A program made the position numbers and the translations under genes. The notes under the pieces were generated by a model. The model was not told where the DNA came from. It did no database searches and saw only the letters and a list, made by a program, of their open reading frames with translations. Positions 25,117-35,624 of a stretch of DNA of 46,541 nucleotides are shown piece by piece. Location of the stretch: positions 1 through 46,541 of the IMG/VR virus record IMGVR_UViG_3300023100_000002. The stretch is one strand, 5' to 3'. Every line of letters starts with the position of its first letter. The stretch's first letter is position 1. This stretch comes from a virus. Taxonomy: Duplodnaviria > Caudoviricetes.

Positions 25117-25484
25117 GCCGGGGAAATCTAATCTATCCGGGCGGTCGAGCTTGTATTGTCAAGTCAGGCTACTCTGAGTCCTTTGATCCATCTGTTCTGC
25201 GAACTGAGATGGAGAACGGCCCGCCTAAAGAGCGCCTGATGAACACTCAGGTGCTCATGAAGATCAAGGCTTCTTTGCTGTTCCGTAGCGAAGCCACTCA
25301 ACTTGCATTTGAGAACTGGTACTTTAACGTCATTAAGCGAATTGGCTACTTTGACCTTACTCATCCGCGCACCGGTCAAGCGCTTACCGTTAGATTTGAG
25401 AATGGATCAATCGGTGAATTGACTACGGTAGACTCTAGGTTCCGGCATTCAATGCGAAATGTGGTCTTTGAGTATCTGCGATGA
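25113..25484 (+). CDS. Distal tail / minor tail protein
   Basis: RTEMENGPPKER motif; follows TMP. Confidence 0.75.
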   Translation: MSRGNLIYPGGRACIVKSGYSESFDPSVLRTEMENGPPKERLMNTQVLMKIKASLLFRSEATQLAFENWYFNVIKRIGYFDLTHPRTGQALTVRFENGSIGELTTVDSRFRHSMRNVVFEYLR

Positions 25485-25942
25485 GAGATTTTCTAGAAAG
25501 AATCCAGCGGGTAACCGATACCTCGAATCCACTTCTGTTCCTTGAGGTGTCTGCACCTTCCTTTGCTGAGACGCTTAGGATCGTAAACGACACTCAGAAT
25601 TGGGTTAGCAACGGTATCGAATACCTTGCCGCACCCTTTGGATTCAAGCTTCCTGATGACATTACAGGCCAGACGCCTCGCGCCGTTCTGACTATTGATA
25701 ACATCGGTCGTGGCATCGCTGAAGACCTTGAAACTGTCCAGCCCTACGATATCGTGAAGGCTGTGCTGATGATTAGCGACAAGGCCAATCCTAATGTGAT
25801 CGAGCGTCGATATGTCCTCCCAATCACTCAGGTTTCTGTAAACACCAGAACTGCCACGGCTCAGTGTGGATACGATATCGTCATGAGGCAGCAGGCCGTC
25901 AGACTGAGATATAACGCGTTCACTGCACCTGGCGCTTTCTAA
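25481..25942 (+). CDS. Minor tail protein (DUF1833-like)
   Basis: FGFKLPDD...LTIDNI...APGAF. Confidence 0.8.
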   Translation: MRDFLERIQRVTDTSNPLLFLEVSAPSFAETLRIVNDTQNWVSNGIEYLAAPFGFKLPDDITGQTPRAVLTIDNIGRGIAEDLETVQPYDIVKAVLMISDKANPNVIERRYVLPITQVSVNTRTATAQCGYDIVMRQQAVRLRYNAFTAPGAF

Positions 25943-26334
25943 TGCTGCTATCAGAAATCGAACGATTCACTCTCATCCCATACGATGAGGGCAGCTTTGA
26001 CTGCGCCGACTTGGTTGCTTTGGTCCAAAAGGAAATGTTTGGTCGAAACCTAGTTATGCCGTCGCGCAGGCCAAGGGGCGTTCAGGGGCAGGCTGAAATC
26101 GGCGAGCTATCCAAGCCATACGGGGTTAGGACATATTCGCCAAAGGACGGCGATTTGGTCCTAATGGTGGAATTTGGACATAATAGGCCGGGCCACGTTG
26201 GCGTATACTTCTACCTAGCGCATGAGGCATGGGTGCTGCATGCTAACGAGAAAACGGGTTGCAGCATTCTTCACCGCGCTCGTGACTTACCTGATTTTGG
26301 ACTAAGGGTTGAAGGATATTACGCATGGTTGTGA
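25942..26334 (+). CDS. NlpC/P60-like tail tip protein
   Basis: FDCADLV...HVGVY...VLHA. Confidence 0.85.
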   Translation: MLLSEIERFTLIPYDEGSFDCADLVALVQKEMFGRNLVMPSRRPRGVQGQAEIGELSKPYGVRTYSPKDGDLVLMVEFGHNRPGHVGVYFYLAHEAWVLHANEKTGCSILHRARDLPDFGLRVEGYYAWL

Positions 26335-29300
26335 CGGAATCGCCAAAAATTGATCCCGGTCAGCTTATTGTCACGCCTCATCCTCTTCTCCTTGAAGGGC
26401 AGCGTAATGTCGTATGGGAGGCTTCTGCGAATGAAAGCCTTTACTCGATCCTCATGCGAAACGTCCCGGAAATGGATGGTCAGCAGTGGATTGTCTCTAT
26501 TGGTGGCCTTCCGGTTGAGCGGCACCTGTGGCATTGCGTAAAGCCTAAGCAAGGGCAAGTAATTGAGGTGCGCGGCGGCACGGGGCGTTCTGCTCTTGCT
26601 GTCGTAGCGATGATTGCCCTTACCTATTTCACCTTTGGTGGTGGCGCTATTGCTGGCTTCACCCTTGGCACGTCTACGGCACTAGGAACGCTGGCAGTTC
26701 AGTCTGCCGTGTACCTTGCTGGGTCAATGCTGATTAACAAGGTGCTTGCTCCCAAGGTTCCAAAGTCCAGCGCTCAGCAGCAGGATTCTGTCTACTCGCT
26801 ATCTGGCGCTAGAAATCAGCTTCGCGTATATGAGCCGCTGCCTTTGCTGTTTGGTCGTGTGCAAATCACCCCCGACCTGCTCAGTAAGCCCTACACGTGG
26901 TATGAGGGGAATGACCAATACCTTGCCTTGCTGCTTTGCGCAGGCATCAATGTTGGCCGTGTTGAGGAGTTCTTCAACGGCGACACCCCTCTTGCTAGCT
27001 ATGAGGGTGTGCAGGTCTATAACGCTGGCTACACTCAGATGCCGAGCCAGCAGATTCCTCTGTATAGCAATGCAGATGTTATCGACGGTGGGCAGCTTCT
27101 TGATACCAATAGCCAGCCGAAGGGCCAGCCCGGCGCATGGGTCCAGCGTACAACCTCAACCGACACTGTAAAGATAATTGTTGGCATTGAGTATCAGCTT
27201 TACGACAAGACCACTAAGGGCAAGGATAAGAACAACACTGAAAGGGTTGAGATTCAATATCGCCCGTTCGGTACTAGTGCTTGGCTGAACTTTGGCGGCC
27301 AGACTCTCACCAGCAATAAGACCCAGCTATATCGAGCTGGATACTCGCGCGAGGTTACCGCAGGGCAATACGACGTTCGTGTTCGGACGGCTGGCCTTAA
27401 CACTGATGGCAGTGGTGCCAATGCTGCTTTCACGTGGACCACCCTGACTAGCGTGCAGCTAGACACTGCTGACTACACTGGACTGTCGCGCACCGGAATC
27501 CAGTTGAAGGCAACCGGCCAACTCAATGGCTCTCCGGATGAGATTCGAGCGATTGGCTATGCCGATCCAATTCCCGTGTGGAATGGAACGAGCTACGTCA
27601 CTCAGGAATCCAGCAACCCAGGCGCTCAGATCCTCGCATATGCCCGTGGCATCGCCCGCAGTGGCCGACTGCTTGGCGGTATGCAGTTGTCTGAGGATCA
27701 GATTGACGTTGAGGGCCTAAAGGCTTTCACGCTTCACTGTGCAGCCAATAATTACACCTACGATTACTACATCAAGGATGCGCGGAACCATGAGCAGGTA
27801 ATCAGCTCTATCGCGCTCGCAGGGTTCGGCCAAGTCACGTGGGCTGGCGGAAAGTTGGGAATCGTATGGGCGGCTCAGGATCAACCTTTGTCTGGTGTCG
27901 TCAATATGGCGACGATCAGGAAAGGTGAGTTCCAAGTCGATTACAACCTGAGCAATGCTGCTGACGGTATCGAGTACACCTATCTTGATAACCAGACTTG
28001 GGAGACGAAGACGCTTCGTGTTCCCGCGCCAGGCGTGGTCACGATGCTCAACCCTGCTCAGGTCACCGGCGAGGGCGTAGGCACGGAACAGCACGCAGCG
28101 CGCATGGCTCGCTGGCATCTTGGGCAGTCCCTCTATCAGTACAAGGATATTGGGTACAGTACTGACCTTGAGCATATGAGCTATCAGCGGCTCTCTGTGC
28201 TTGCCCTATCCCACGATATGACGCAGTGGGGCTACAGCGGGCGTATCGTTGCAGCAAGCATCGTTGGCGGTGTTGCTAGGCTTACGCTGAACGAGCCGGT
28301 TCCTTCTCCTCCCGCTGGGAGCGCCTATATCGGCGTCCGCATTCCGGGCGAGAAGGTTTACCGAGTCCTTCGAGTTGCATCCTTTACTGGCCCATCTCAA
28401 GAGATTTCACTTGCAGAGCCGTGGCCTTCGGATGCCCCCCTTCCGGGATCGGCTAACAATCCTGCGCACGATACAACGTTCATCTATGACTTCAAGCAGA
28501 CCCCCGGACTTCGCGTCCGTGTGGTCAGTGTTGAGCCAGAGAATGACCTGAAGGGGGCAAAGGTTCGGGCGGTGCAGGAAGGGCCTGAGTTCTGGATTTA
28601 CGTTCTCACCGGCCAATACATCCCCTCGCCTAATGCGTCGCTTCTGCTGACTCGTCCCATCGCTTCCAATCTGAAGATAAGTGAGAATCAGGTTGTTCAG
28701 GGCGATACTACTTTCACCGAACTCTCTGCCACCTTCGACATTAGCGGTCCTGTCGGCAACATCGTTGTCCGCGCGGCGCAAGATGGCAAAGAGCTGGAAG
28801 ACGTTGCACAGACGCAGACTCGCACAGCTACTTGGCGAATCCCCGAGGCAGGCCTGTATCACATTGTGGTACGTCCATACTCTCCCGATGGAGAGCCTGG
28901 CATCGCCGTATCAGGCAGCTATATCACCGCTGGCGCTGACCTTCCGCCCGTATTGGTGGACCTCTTTGACGTAGAGGAGCGCAGCGGAGGCGTTCGGCTG
29001 TATACGTGGGGCTGGCTGTCAGAGACCATCCAATCACCTGACTTCAACGGCGTTGAGATTCGATACGTAGGCGGCATGGTCCCTAATCCCAACTGGGACA
29101 CGATGACGCCCGTTGGTGACACTGGCTATCACACTGCAGCATTTGAAGCGGTCGTGCCTGATGCTGGTCTGTGGACGTTTGCCTGTCGCAGCCGTAATAC
29201 CAGTGGCGTTCTGTCAACCAACATGCGAGTAATCACTAAGACGCTCACTCAGAGTCTTGGTGAAATCATCGGTGACATTGACGGAACGCTTGAGGAGCAG

Positions 29301-31088
29301 ATTGCATATCTGATTGCATTGCAGCAGGCGCTAGAGCAAGAAAAGACTGACCGCTTCAACGAAGACACTCGAGTCTTGCAGGAAGCTGCTGATGATGCTA
29401 CCGAGAAGGCAGATGCCGCTCGGGATGCGGCCATGGCTCAAATAGATGCCTTGGCGGCGGTAGTCAATGACCTGCTTGAAGCCCCCGAGTGGGTGGCGGA
29501 TATGGACTACGCAGATAACGCGTATGTCTCCTATGATGCAAGGCTCTACATTGCTAAACGGCCTAACACGGGCCAGCAGCCGGACATTAGTCCGGACGAT
29601 TGGCAGATGGTTGGCGAGTTCAGTAGCGCAGGCGAGGCATTGGCTGCGGTAATTGCCTTGGCTAATCAGAATGCCAGTGATATTGCTGCTGAAGCTAGTC
29701 GTATTGATGGTGTCATCGCACGCCTGCCCGCTGGCAATGGTGCTGTAGCCTCTGCGGAGGCTTTGGATGAGGTGATCGTAAGGGTTGAGGAAACAGAAGA
29801 GGGCATCGTTGCAACTGGTCAGCGGATTGAGAGCCTTCGCGCCGAAACCGTTGGCACTTATGCTGGCGACGAGGAAACAAATGCTGGCGATACAGAAAGC
29901 AATGCTGGTGTAATAAGCGTTGCTCAGGTTGCAGCTACGGCCACCTACTCGCAGGCCAAGCGCATCGACGTGGTGCAGGCTGAGTTTGGCGACTTCCAAG
30001 CAACTGTAACTGATACGTTTGAGACGATTGCCAGCCAAAACGAGGCTACGGCAGAGCGCATCACGCAGGTCCAGGTTGAGCTGGAGGGCGAGGTCGAGGC
30101 AGTTGCCAACAACCTCAGCATCATGGGTGCGCGGGTAACGCAGAACGAGGAAGGGATTGAGGCGGTGTCCCAGCGCATCGACTCCGTAGAGGCGGACATT
30201 GATGAAAACATTGCCCAAGCAATCAGCGGGTTAGAGGCGCAGGTAAGCATCAACACCCAAGGCGTTGCGGAAACCAAGGCTCGCGCCTATATCCGGGTTG
30301 TAGCTGGTACGGAAGCGAATCCTGTCATCGGCGGCATGACCATCGATAACAATGGTCAGACGGTAGCTACGCGATTCCAGAGTGATATTTTTGAGATGGT
30401 AGCGCCTGACACGGGGAGCGGGACCGAAATTAGGAACGGCAACATCCGTTCATGGGCCGGAATAACTCAGGTTATCCAAGGAAATGGATTCGGTGAGGAT
30501 AATTTCCTACTTTGGGCAGGCCCTAATGTGGGCATTGAAGCAGTTACTCGCGCCATGGCTACCTTCTATATCGATGCCGGTGGCAACGCCTACTTCGGTG
30601 GCACTTTGGCCGCAGGCGTACTTCGCAACGCAGTACAGACGACCACAACACAAACCATAGGAACCTCACTTGTTAATGGTCCGTTCGCTACCTTGGGGCG
30701 CAATAAGAACGTGGTCATAAGCTTCAGTCGTGTGCATACCCGATTCAAAGACGCCCTTGGTTCGGATGGCTTTGTGGCAGGCGCTGGGAACAATACTGCT
30801 ACTGTTAACCTATATCGTAAGTTAGCCAGCGAGGCTAATGAAACGCTTTGGTATACTCTGTCTGTAGGTGGTGGCGTAGATATAACTAACAATCCTGATG
30901 GCACGGACGTAGCTATATCCAGTTGGAGCGCTAGTGCCACACTAAACGATAGTACGGGCGGCACTCAGGACCGTACTTACCGTGCGGAGATTGTAGGATT
31001 CACTGAGCAGTCTGTTACTCACCAGTCTGGCAGCTTCAACCGCCAAACGATTACGCAGAATATGGCGATTGTGTCCGTCGAAGTTTGA
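26325..31088 (+). CDS. Central tail tip / host-specificity protein (lambda I+J-like)
   Basis: 1587 aa; SNPGAQIL, Fn3-like segments, coiled coil, GNAYFGGTL. Confidence 0.92.
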   Translation: MVVTESPKIDPGQLIVTPHPLLLEGQRNVVWEASANESLYSILMRNVPEMDGQQWIVSIGGLPVERHLWHCVKPKQGQVIEVRGGTGRSALAVVAMIALTYFTFGGGAIAGFTLGTSTALGTLAVQSAVYLAGSMLINKVLAPKVPKSSAQQQDSVYSLSGARNQLRVYEPLPLLFGRVQITPDLLSKPYTWYEGNDQYLALLLCAGINVGRVEEFFNGDTPLASYEGVQVYNAGYTQMPSQQIPLYSNADVIDGGQLLDTNSQPKGQPGAWVQRTTSTDTVKIIVGIEYQLYDKTTKGKDKNNTERVEIQYRPFGTSAWLNFGGQTLTSNKTQLYRAGYSREVTAGQYDVRVRTAGLNTDGSGANAAFTWTTLTSVQLDTADYTGLSRTGIQLKATGQLNGSPDEIRAIGYADPIPVWNGTSYVTQESSNPGAQILAYARGIARSGRLLGGMQLSEDQIDVEGLKAFTLHCAANNYTYDYYIKDARNHEQVISSIALAGFGQVTWAGGKLGIVWAAQDQPLSGVVNMATIRKGEFQVDYNLSNAADGIEYTYLDNQTWETKTLRVPAPGVVTMLNPAQVTGEGVGTEQHAARMARWHLGQSLYQYKDIGYSTDLEHMSYQRLSVLALSHDMTQWGYSGRIVAASIVGGVARLTLNEPVPSPPAGSAYIGVRIPGEKVYRVLRVASFTGPSQEISLAEPWPSDAPLPGSANNPAHDTTFIYDFKQTPGLRVRVVSVEPENDLKGAKVRAVQEGPEFWIYVLTGQYIPSPNASLLLTRPIASNLKISENQVVQGDTTFTELSATFDISGPVGNIVVRAAQDGKELEDVAQTQTRTATWRIPEAGLYHIVVRPYSPDGEPGIAVSGSYITAGADLPPVLVDLFDVEERSGGVRLYTWGWLSETIQSPDFNGVEIRYVGGMVPNPNWDTMTPVGDTGYHTAAFEAVVPDAGLWTFACRSRNTSGVLSTNMRVITKTLTQSLGEIIGDIDGTLEEQIAYLIALQQALEQEKTDRFNEDTRVLQEAADDATEKADAARDAAMAQIDALAAVVNDLLEAPEWVADMDYADNAYVSYDARLYIAKRPNTGQQPDISPDDWQMVGEFSSAGEALAAVIALANQNASDIAAEASRIDGVIARLPAGNGAVASAEALDEVIVRVEETEEGIVATGQRIESLRAETVGTYAGDEETNAGDTESNAGVISVAQVAATATYSQAKRIDVVQAEFGDFQATVTDTFETIASQNEATAERITQVQVELEGEVEAVANNLSIMGARVTQNEEGIEAVSQRIDSVEADIDENIAQAISGLEAQVSINTQGVAETKARAYIRVVAGTEANPVIGGMTIDNNGQTVATRFQSDIFEMVAPDTGSGTEIRNGNIRSWAGITQVIQGNGFGEDNFLLWAGPNVGIEAVTRAMATFYIDAGGNAYFGGTLAAGVLRNAVQTTTTQTIGTSLVNGPFATLGRNKNVVISFSRVHTRFKDALGSDGFVAGAGNNTATVNLYRKLASEANETLWYTLSVGGGVDITNNPDGTDVAISSWSASATLNDSTGGTQDRTYRAEIVGFTEQSVTHQSGSFNRQTITQNMAIVSVEV

Positions 31089-31118
31089 CGCTCAATCGCC
31101 CTTTACAAAGGAGGCCGC

Positions 31119-32915
31119 ATGGCTTTGCAACTGATTGACCTAACCACTCCCCAGCCTGGTGGCAAGTTTGGCGACCCTACTAAGACCGCGTGGCAAAAGG
31201 TAAACGACAATTCTGATTACCTAGAAGAAAGGCTGCAGCAGCTCGCTATCGGTGCGGGTGACGGTTCCGAAGCATTAGGTGCCATCCAAGAATTGCAGGA
31301 TTCTATCGACGTAGTGGGAAACACTGCGTCCCAAGCTGTGCCCGCCTCTACTCTTTTGTCTACGGTTGGGGCAACCCTAGTTGGTTTCATTGATACCGGG
31401 GTGGGCGCAGTGTTAAGAACCTTGGATAGTCTGTTGAAGGAAAGGCTTACTCCGGAGAGATACGGAGCTGTTGCAGGACTAGACGTTAGTCCAGAGCAAC
31501 GTCTTTTGAATACGGAGGCATTTAATAATTGCCTCGCGGTAGCAGCTACTAGAAGGTCTGCTATGAAGTTATCGGGCGGCAGCTACGAGGTAGACACTAC
31601 AAACACCCCAATTCTGCATCCTAGCCGTGTACCTGTACTTGGTAACGATTCTTCGGTAATAGCAAAGAACGACAATGCACCTATTTGGGTTTCTAAAAGC
31701 TATTGGGACAGCGGCGCTCCGGCTGGCCGCATGCGCATTTACAATCTTACAGTTTCCGGCACCGATGTGGGGGCCGAGCAGCACGGTATTGTGGTGCGCG
31801 ACTACTACTCCACGCTGTGGGGTGTGACAGTAGCGAATGTGGGGGGCAGGGGCATATTTTTTAATCACCTGAGCAGAACTGGTGTGAGCACGACTGGAAC
31901 TTTGGTGGAGCCCCGTATCATTGACTGTACGGTGAACCTATCCGGGCGGTCCTGCTTTTACTTGGGCGCAAGCAACAACAACAAGATTACGGACGGCTAC
32001 CTAAAGAATTGTATTGCCCGACTTTCGCCCGGAGCTACCGAGGCGCGCATTGTTTGCGGGGCATCCGCAGGCTGGGATTTTGACGGGGTGCACACTTATG
32101 GTGGTTCCCCGGCTTCCGCTGTAATCCTCGCCAACTTCTTCAATAGCCACATCGGATTTATGTACAACGAGGATGGCTGGACGCAGTACGCCCTAGACAT
32201 GCCCAACTACCAAAGAAACGGCAGTATTGACTCGTTGGCTATCTCGGCCGCGTCAGCGGCGACTGGCGCTAATGCGGCGGCTGTGCGACTGTCCCGTTCT
32301 ACTGCTTTTGCACAAGCAACCCTCAACATAAACTCGTTGTGCATCCACGCGGACTCCGGCTCTACCCTGTCTGCGATCAGGAACGAAAACGCGGGTAGTC
32401 TGTCTGTCTCCTTGGCGAACACGCTGCGGGTAACGGGTAACGGGGCGGTATCGACCCCAGGTATCAGCGACGACTGGTTCACTTCGTCTGTGACAGGGCT
32501 TAAGGCCAGTAGTAACGGGAAGATACTCTATTACCGGGGCTACGGTGTCCCGCTCTCAAAATCCGTCACTGCCAACGGGGCAGGGCAGAAGGTTTGCTCT
32601 TTCGACGTACCCTACTTGGGCTTGTCCGCCCAGGCTGTAGTAGACGTTGTGGTCCACGCCCGGCAGAACACTAACGGAACACCACGTGCGTCTTATGTCG
32701 GAAAAGCTGTTATAAATACCAAGGCGGAGATTGACGCGTGGGTTGTTCGAATGTTGGATATAGTACCCCCATCCGGATTTGCGGCCGACCCCTCGGGGGT
32801 TCCTATCGCTTCTGTGCTCAAGGGGGCGGACGGCACTGGGGTTCTTTCTATCACTTTTACATATGCTAACAGCGATGCTTTCGGCGGATGCAACTTTATG
32901 ATGCCTCAATCCTAA
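31119..32915 (+). CDS. Tail fibre/tailspike with probable beta-helix (depolymerase-like) domain
   Basis: N-terminal anchor GDPTKTAWQKVNDN; GAVLRTL..L.ERLTPERYGA...NTEAFN; beta-rich repeats. Confidence 0.8.
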   Translation: MALQLIDLTTPQPGGKFGDPTKTAWQKVNDNSDYLEERLQQLAIGAGDGSEALGAIQELQDSIDVVGNTASQAVPASTLLSTVGATLVGFIDTGVGAVLRTLDSLLKERLTPERYGAVAGLDVSPEQRLLNTEAFNNCLAVAATRRSAMKLSGGSYEVDTTNTPILHPSRVPVLGNDSSVIAKNDNAPIWVSKSYWDSGAPAGRMRIYNLTVSGTDVGAEQHGIVVRDYYSTLWGVTVANVGGRGIFFNHLSRTGVSTTGTLVEPRIIDCTVNLSGRSCFYLGASNNNKITDGYLKNCIARLSPGATEARIVCGASAGWDFDGVHTYGGSPASAVILANFFNSHIGFMYNEDGWTQYALDMPNYQRNGSIDSLAISAASAATGANAAAVRLSRSTAFAQATLNINSLCIHADSGSTLSAIRNENAGSLSVSLANTLRVTGNGAVSTPGISDDWFTSSVTGLKASSNGKILYYRGYGVPLSKSVTANGAGQKVCSFDVPYLGLSAQAVVDVVVHARQNTNGTPRASYVGKAVINTKAEIDAWVVRMLDIVPPSGFAADPSGVPIASVLKGADGTGVLSITFTYANSDAFGGCNFMMPQS

Positions 32916-32916
32916 T

Positions 32917-32989
32917 GTATTAGCGCATATGGCTAGCGCCAATACCGACGCCCTAACAGTTGGCGGCCTCAGACTCGGGTCCGCCGACT
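32917..32989. terminator. Two hairpins between convergent operons
   Basis: GTATTAGCGC/GCGCCAATAC (32917-32945) and AGTTGGCGG/CCGCCGACT (32958-32989), then a T-rich tract. Confidence 0.6.
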
Positions 32990-33021
32990 ATGCTTGTTTT
33001 ATTTATATAAATTACCATTAG

Positions 33022-33663
33022 TTAAGTCATCATATAGCCTCCCCGATAGCGCGTATCAATATCAGCCCCACTAAGCCGCTCAAACGGAAGCGGCGTCGGT
33101 GATCGGTCGATAACTCCACCGGCCTTAATCCATTCCTCAACCGACTGCTTAGGGCCGTTGTACTCTTCTTTTATCTTCTTGGGTGCAATTACCGTGTACT
33201 GCTTTACAGGATAGCGACGCTGACCATTGTTACCCACGCGCCTCGCTGCATTCTTCTTCTCGCGCGCCTCCTCCTTGCTCATTGGCTTCTTTGGCTCGCG
33301 GACAAAAATGTATGTGCCGTCGCCACCCTTTGCCAAGATTCCTGTCTTGACCATATCTCGCATGCAAAGATAAGCACGCTCTGTCGTGACTCCGATCAAC
33401 GCAGCAACCTGTGCCGGTGCCATCTGCTTAATCTTCAACTGGTCGCGGATCAACTGTGCAACGTTCTTCTTGTCCAATGTGTATCCCTTGCTATTCTGAT
33501 ATTTGTACGGCTTCTTACAGCCAATTCGATCAACTGTCCCAACTATAACCATTCGTTGCAGGATGCCTCGGATGGTTGCAATTGGCACGCATACTGATTT
33601 TTGAATCTCCGCAGCCGTCTTAGGTGAGCCAATCAGGCTGCGGATACGTTCGCTTTTGTTCAA
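33022..33663 (-). CDS. Tandem winged-HTH DNA-binding protein
   Basis: Two wHTH-like repeats (TAAEIQ...LQRMV; APAQVAALIGVT...MRDMVKTG); basic. Confidence 0.7.
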   Translation of the reverse strand: MNKSERIRSLIGSPKTAAEIQKSVCVPIATIRGILQRMVIVGTVDRIGCKKPYKYQNSKGYTLDKKNVAQLIRDQLKIKQMAPAQVAALIGVTTERAYLCMRDMVKTGILAKGGDGTYIFVREPKKPMSKEEAREKKNAARRVGNNGQRRYPVKQYTVIAPKKIKEEYNGPKQSVEEWIKAGGVIDRSPTPLPFERLSGADIDTRYRGGYMMT

Positions 33664-33720
33664 ATCATCCAGCCTCGGCGATGAGCAGGCGGGTCATTTC
33701 GGTGGGGAAGAGGTGCACGA

Positions 33721-33954
33721 TCACGACTGCACCGCCGGGGCGTCTTCGCGCCAAGGCCAGTTGATCGGAAGTCCGTCATCGCGAACGAACGCAGGGCCAG
33801 GCTCCTCCTTCATGCATGGCGGAGTGGTTGCGCCCTTGCCGCACGATGCGCAACCTAACTGAACGATGCCGAAGCATGCCCCGCTAACTACGGGGAAGCC
33901 GCTACGGCACGCATGGGATTTGGAATCGTACTGGCTGCACTCTTTGGTGTTCAC
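33721..33954 (-). CDS. Cys-rich hypothetical protein
   Basis: GTGA coupling to the upstream gene. Confidence 0.55.
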   Translation of the reverse strand: MNTKECSQYDSKSHACRSGFPVVSGACFGIVQLGCASCGKGATTPPCMKEEPGPAFVRDDGLPINWPWREDAPAVQS

Positions 33955-35117
33955 GGGGACCTCCGGCGCTGCGCATCACAGCAGCAGGTTTCGGGGTGGC
34001 AGTTGCACGGCCCCAGGTCCACGGCCTGCGCGGGCGGGGCGGCGTAGAGCAACGTACCTTCCGGCACGTCCTTCCGCATGAAGTTGCACTGCGTCTTGTC
34101 GTTGTTCTTGCCGGGGCAGAGGAAGGTGGTGCCTACCGGCTCCTGCCCCACCGGCTGTCCAATGACCGGGTCAATGCGGTAGCCGTCCTCATCACGGATA
34201 AGGGGCAGCTGGACGCCACTGTCCAACGTCAGCAGGGGTGCCTTCACCGGCTTGCGGGTGGCGAGGGCTTCTTGCCATGCGGCCCAAGCATCAGGGGTAA
34301 GGTCGCCCGTGTATTCCCCGTCAGCAAAATGCGTGCTACCGAAGGCGCGGTGCAGGTCATAGTTCTTGGTTGCGGCCCATGCCTCAAACCGCGCCCTATC
34401 CCCCTGCACCTCACCAGCCGACTCAGTCGCTACATACTTCGGATTCCGGATTAGGCCCTGCTCTACGTCGTGCACGTCGCGGATGTACTCGGGATATTGC
34501 CCCTCCTGCTGGCGGGCGGCGAGGGCATCATGCAGAGCCTGCAACTTCTCCGTGTGCGTTTCGTTGCCGCCTTCCGCCATCGTGTTGATGGCATCCTGCA
34601 GCCACCACAGCGCATCCCACTGCACCTCGCCAACCTGCTGCGGCTTCATCTGCTGGATTCGCGCAACATTGCTCTCCATGCACGCCAGTGCGTCGGTTAC
34701 GGTCGAAGCACCATCGCGGATGTTGCGCAGCCACTGCACGCCATTGGTCGCCGCGTCGGCCCATTCGTTGGCAATGTGGGACCAGTCCTCGCCAACCTGC
34801 TGCTTGCCAGTTGCGGAGAGGTAATGCCAACCCTCCCAAGCCGAACGAGTAGCAAGCGCGTTATAGATACCTTTGAACTTCGTAATGTCGAAGCCGCCGG
34901 AATCCGCCCAAGCCTCAAACTCCGCCCGCTCCCCCAGCTCATACCGCAGCCGCCCGGACTCTGGCTTTGAGGGCTGGAGATGCGGCAAGGCGGCTTCGAG
35001 CGCGGCGCGCATGCATTCACGCTCCGCATCGTTGCCCAGCGAGTCACCCCATTCGGATAGCTTTTCGTACGCGTTTATCGCCGCCTCAACCGCCGCATCA
35101 GTAACCTTCCCGTTCAT
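33951..35117 (-). CDS. Modular phage early protein with repeated linkers
   Basis: Repeated QQVGE, FEAWA and GEVQ motifs. Confidence 0.8.
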   Translation of the reverse strand: MNGKVTDAAVEAAINAYEKLSEWGDSLGNDAERECMRAALEAALPHLQPSKPESGRLRYELGERAEFEAWADSGGFDITKFKGIYNALATRSAWEGWHYLSATGKQQVGEDWSHIANEWADAATNGVQWLRNIRDGASTVTDALACMESNVARIQQMKPQQVGEVQWDALWWLQDAINTMAEGGNETHTEKLQALHDALAARQQEGQYPEYIRDVHDVEQGLIRNPKYVATESAGEVQGDRARFEAWAATKNYDLHRAFGSTHFADGEYTGDLTPDAWAAWQEALATRKPVKAPLLTLDSGVQLPLIRDEDGYRIDPVIGQPVGQEPVGTTFLCPGKNNDKTQCNFMRKDVPEGTLLYAAPPAQAVDLGPCNCHPETCCCDAQRRRSP

Positions 35118-35329
35118 TCGGCCCGCTCCTTCATGTAAGAATCGATTGCCCTATCCAAATCCAATCCCGCATACCCTGAAACAATGTGGCCTGCTTCTTG
35201 GTTATGACCTTCTCGCAGCCACCGATACCTAGACGCATCTTTCCTCAAGCTATCAACCTCGCCAAGAAGCTTATCAATCAGTGCTTCTTTAAGTGCAAGC
35301 TCTCTCGCGTGTTTAATGAAATCATCCAT
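35114..35329 (-). CDS. Hypothetical protein
   Basis: KDASRYRWLR...LDRAID motif common in phages. Confidence 0.75.
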   Translation of the reverse strand: MDDFIKHARELALKEALIDKLLGEVDSLRKDASRYRWLREGHNQEAGHIVSGYAGLDLDRAIDSYMKERAE

Positions 35330-35358
35330 TACTAAGCCTACTAGTGATTGATGGCTCC

Positions 35359-35428
35359 ATCATACCCATTACTAGGAACGATGAAGCCATCATGTTTGGA
35401 ACACTATGCGTACAGAAATGGAACTATC
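35359..35428 (-). promoter_or_regulatory. Repeated promoter module copy (leftward)
   Basis: GATAGTTCCA, TAGTGTTCCA and CATCGTTCCT at 22-23 bp spacing, then TATGAT. Confidence 0.55.
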
Positions 35429-35624
35429 GCTTAGACCACACGCCTAGCCCAACGATGCCGCCGATTATCACCACTGCAAGGATGAAACTGATCCAAATGG
35501 GAGAAAGAACCCACCACCATGACCACGCGATAACGCCGGTCAGCTTCAAGATGATGAATACGATGGTCAGGAGCCCAGTGAATCCGATGCCGGCTGTGCT
35601 GGAGCTGCTAGAGCTATTTGCCAT
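35424..35624 (-). CDS. Small 2-TM membrane protein
   Basis: GIGFTGLLTIVFIILKLTGVIAWSWWWVLSPIW, a widespread phage family. Confidence 0.8.
   Translation of the reverse strand: MANSSSSSSTAGIGFTGLLTIVFIILKLTGVIAWSWWWVLSPIWISFILAVVIIGGIVGLGVWSKR

Noticed and set aside
29858-29910. Triple ATGCTGG(C/T)G repeat in the tail tip gene
   Set aside because: Encodes a short (Y/N)AG peptide repeat; no reverse transcriptase or invertase to suggest a diversification system
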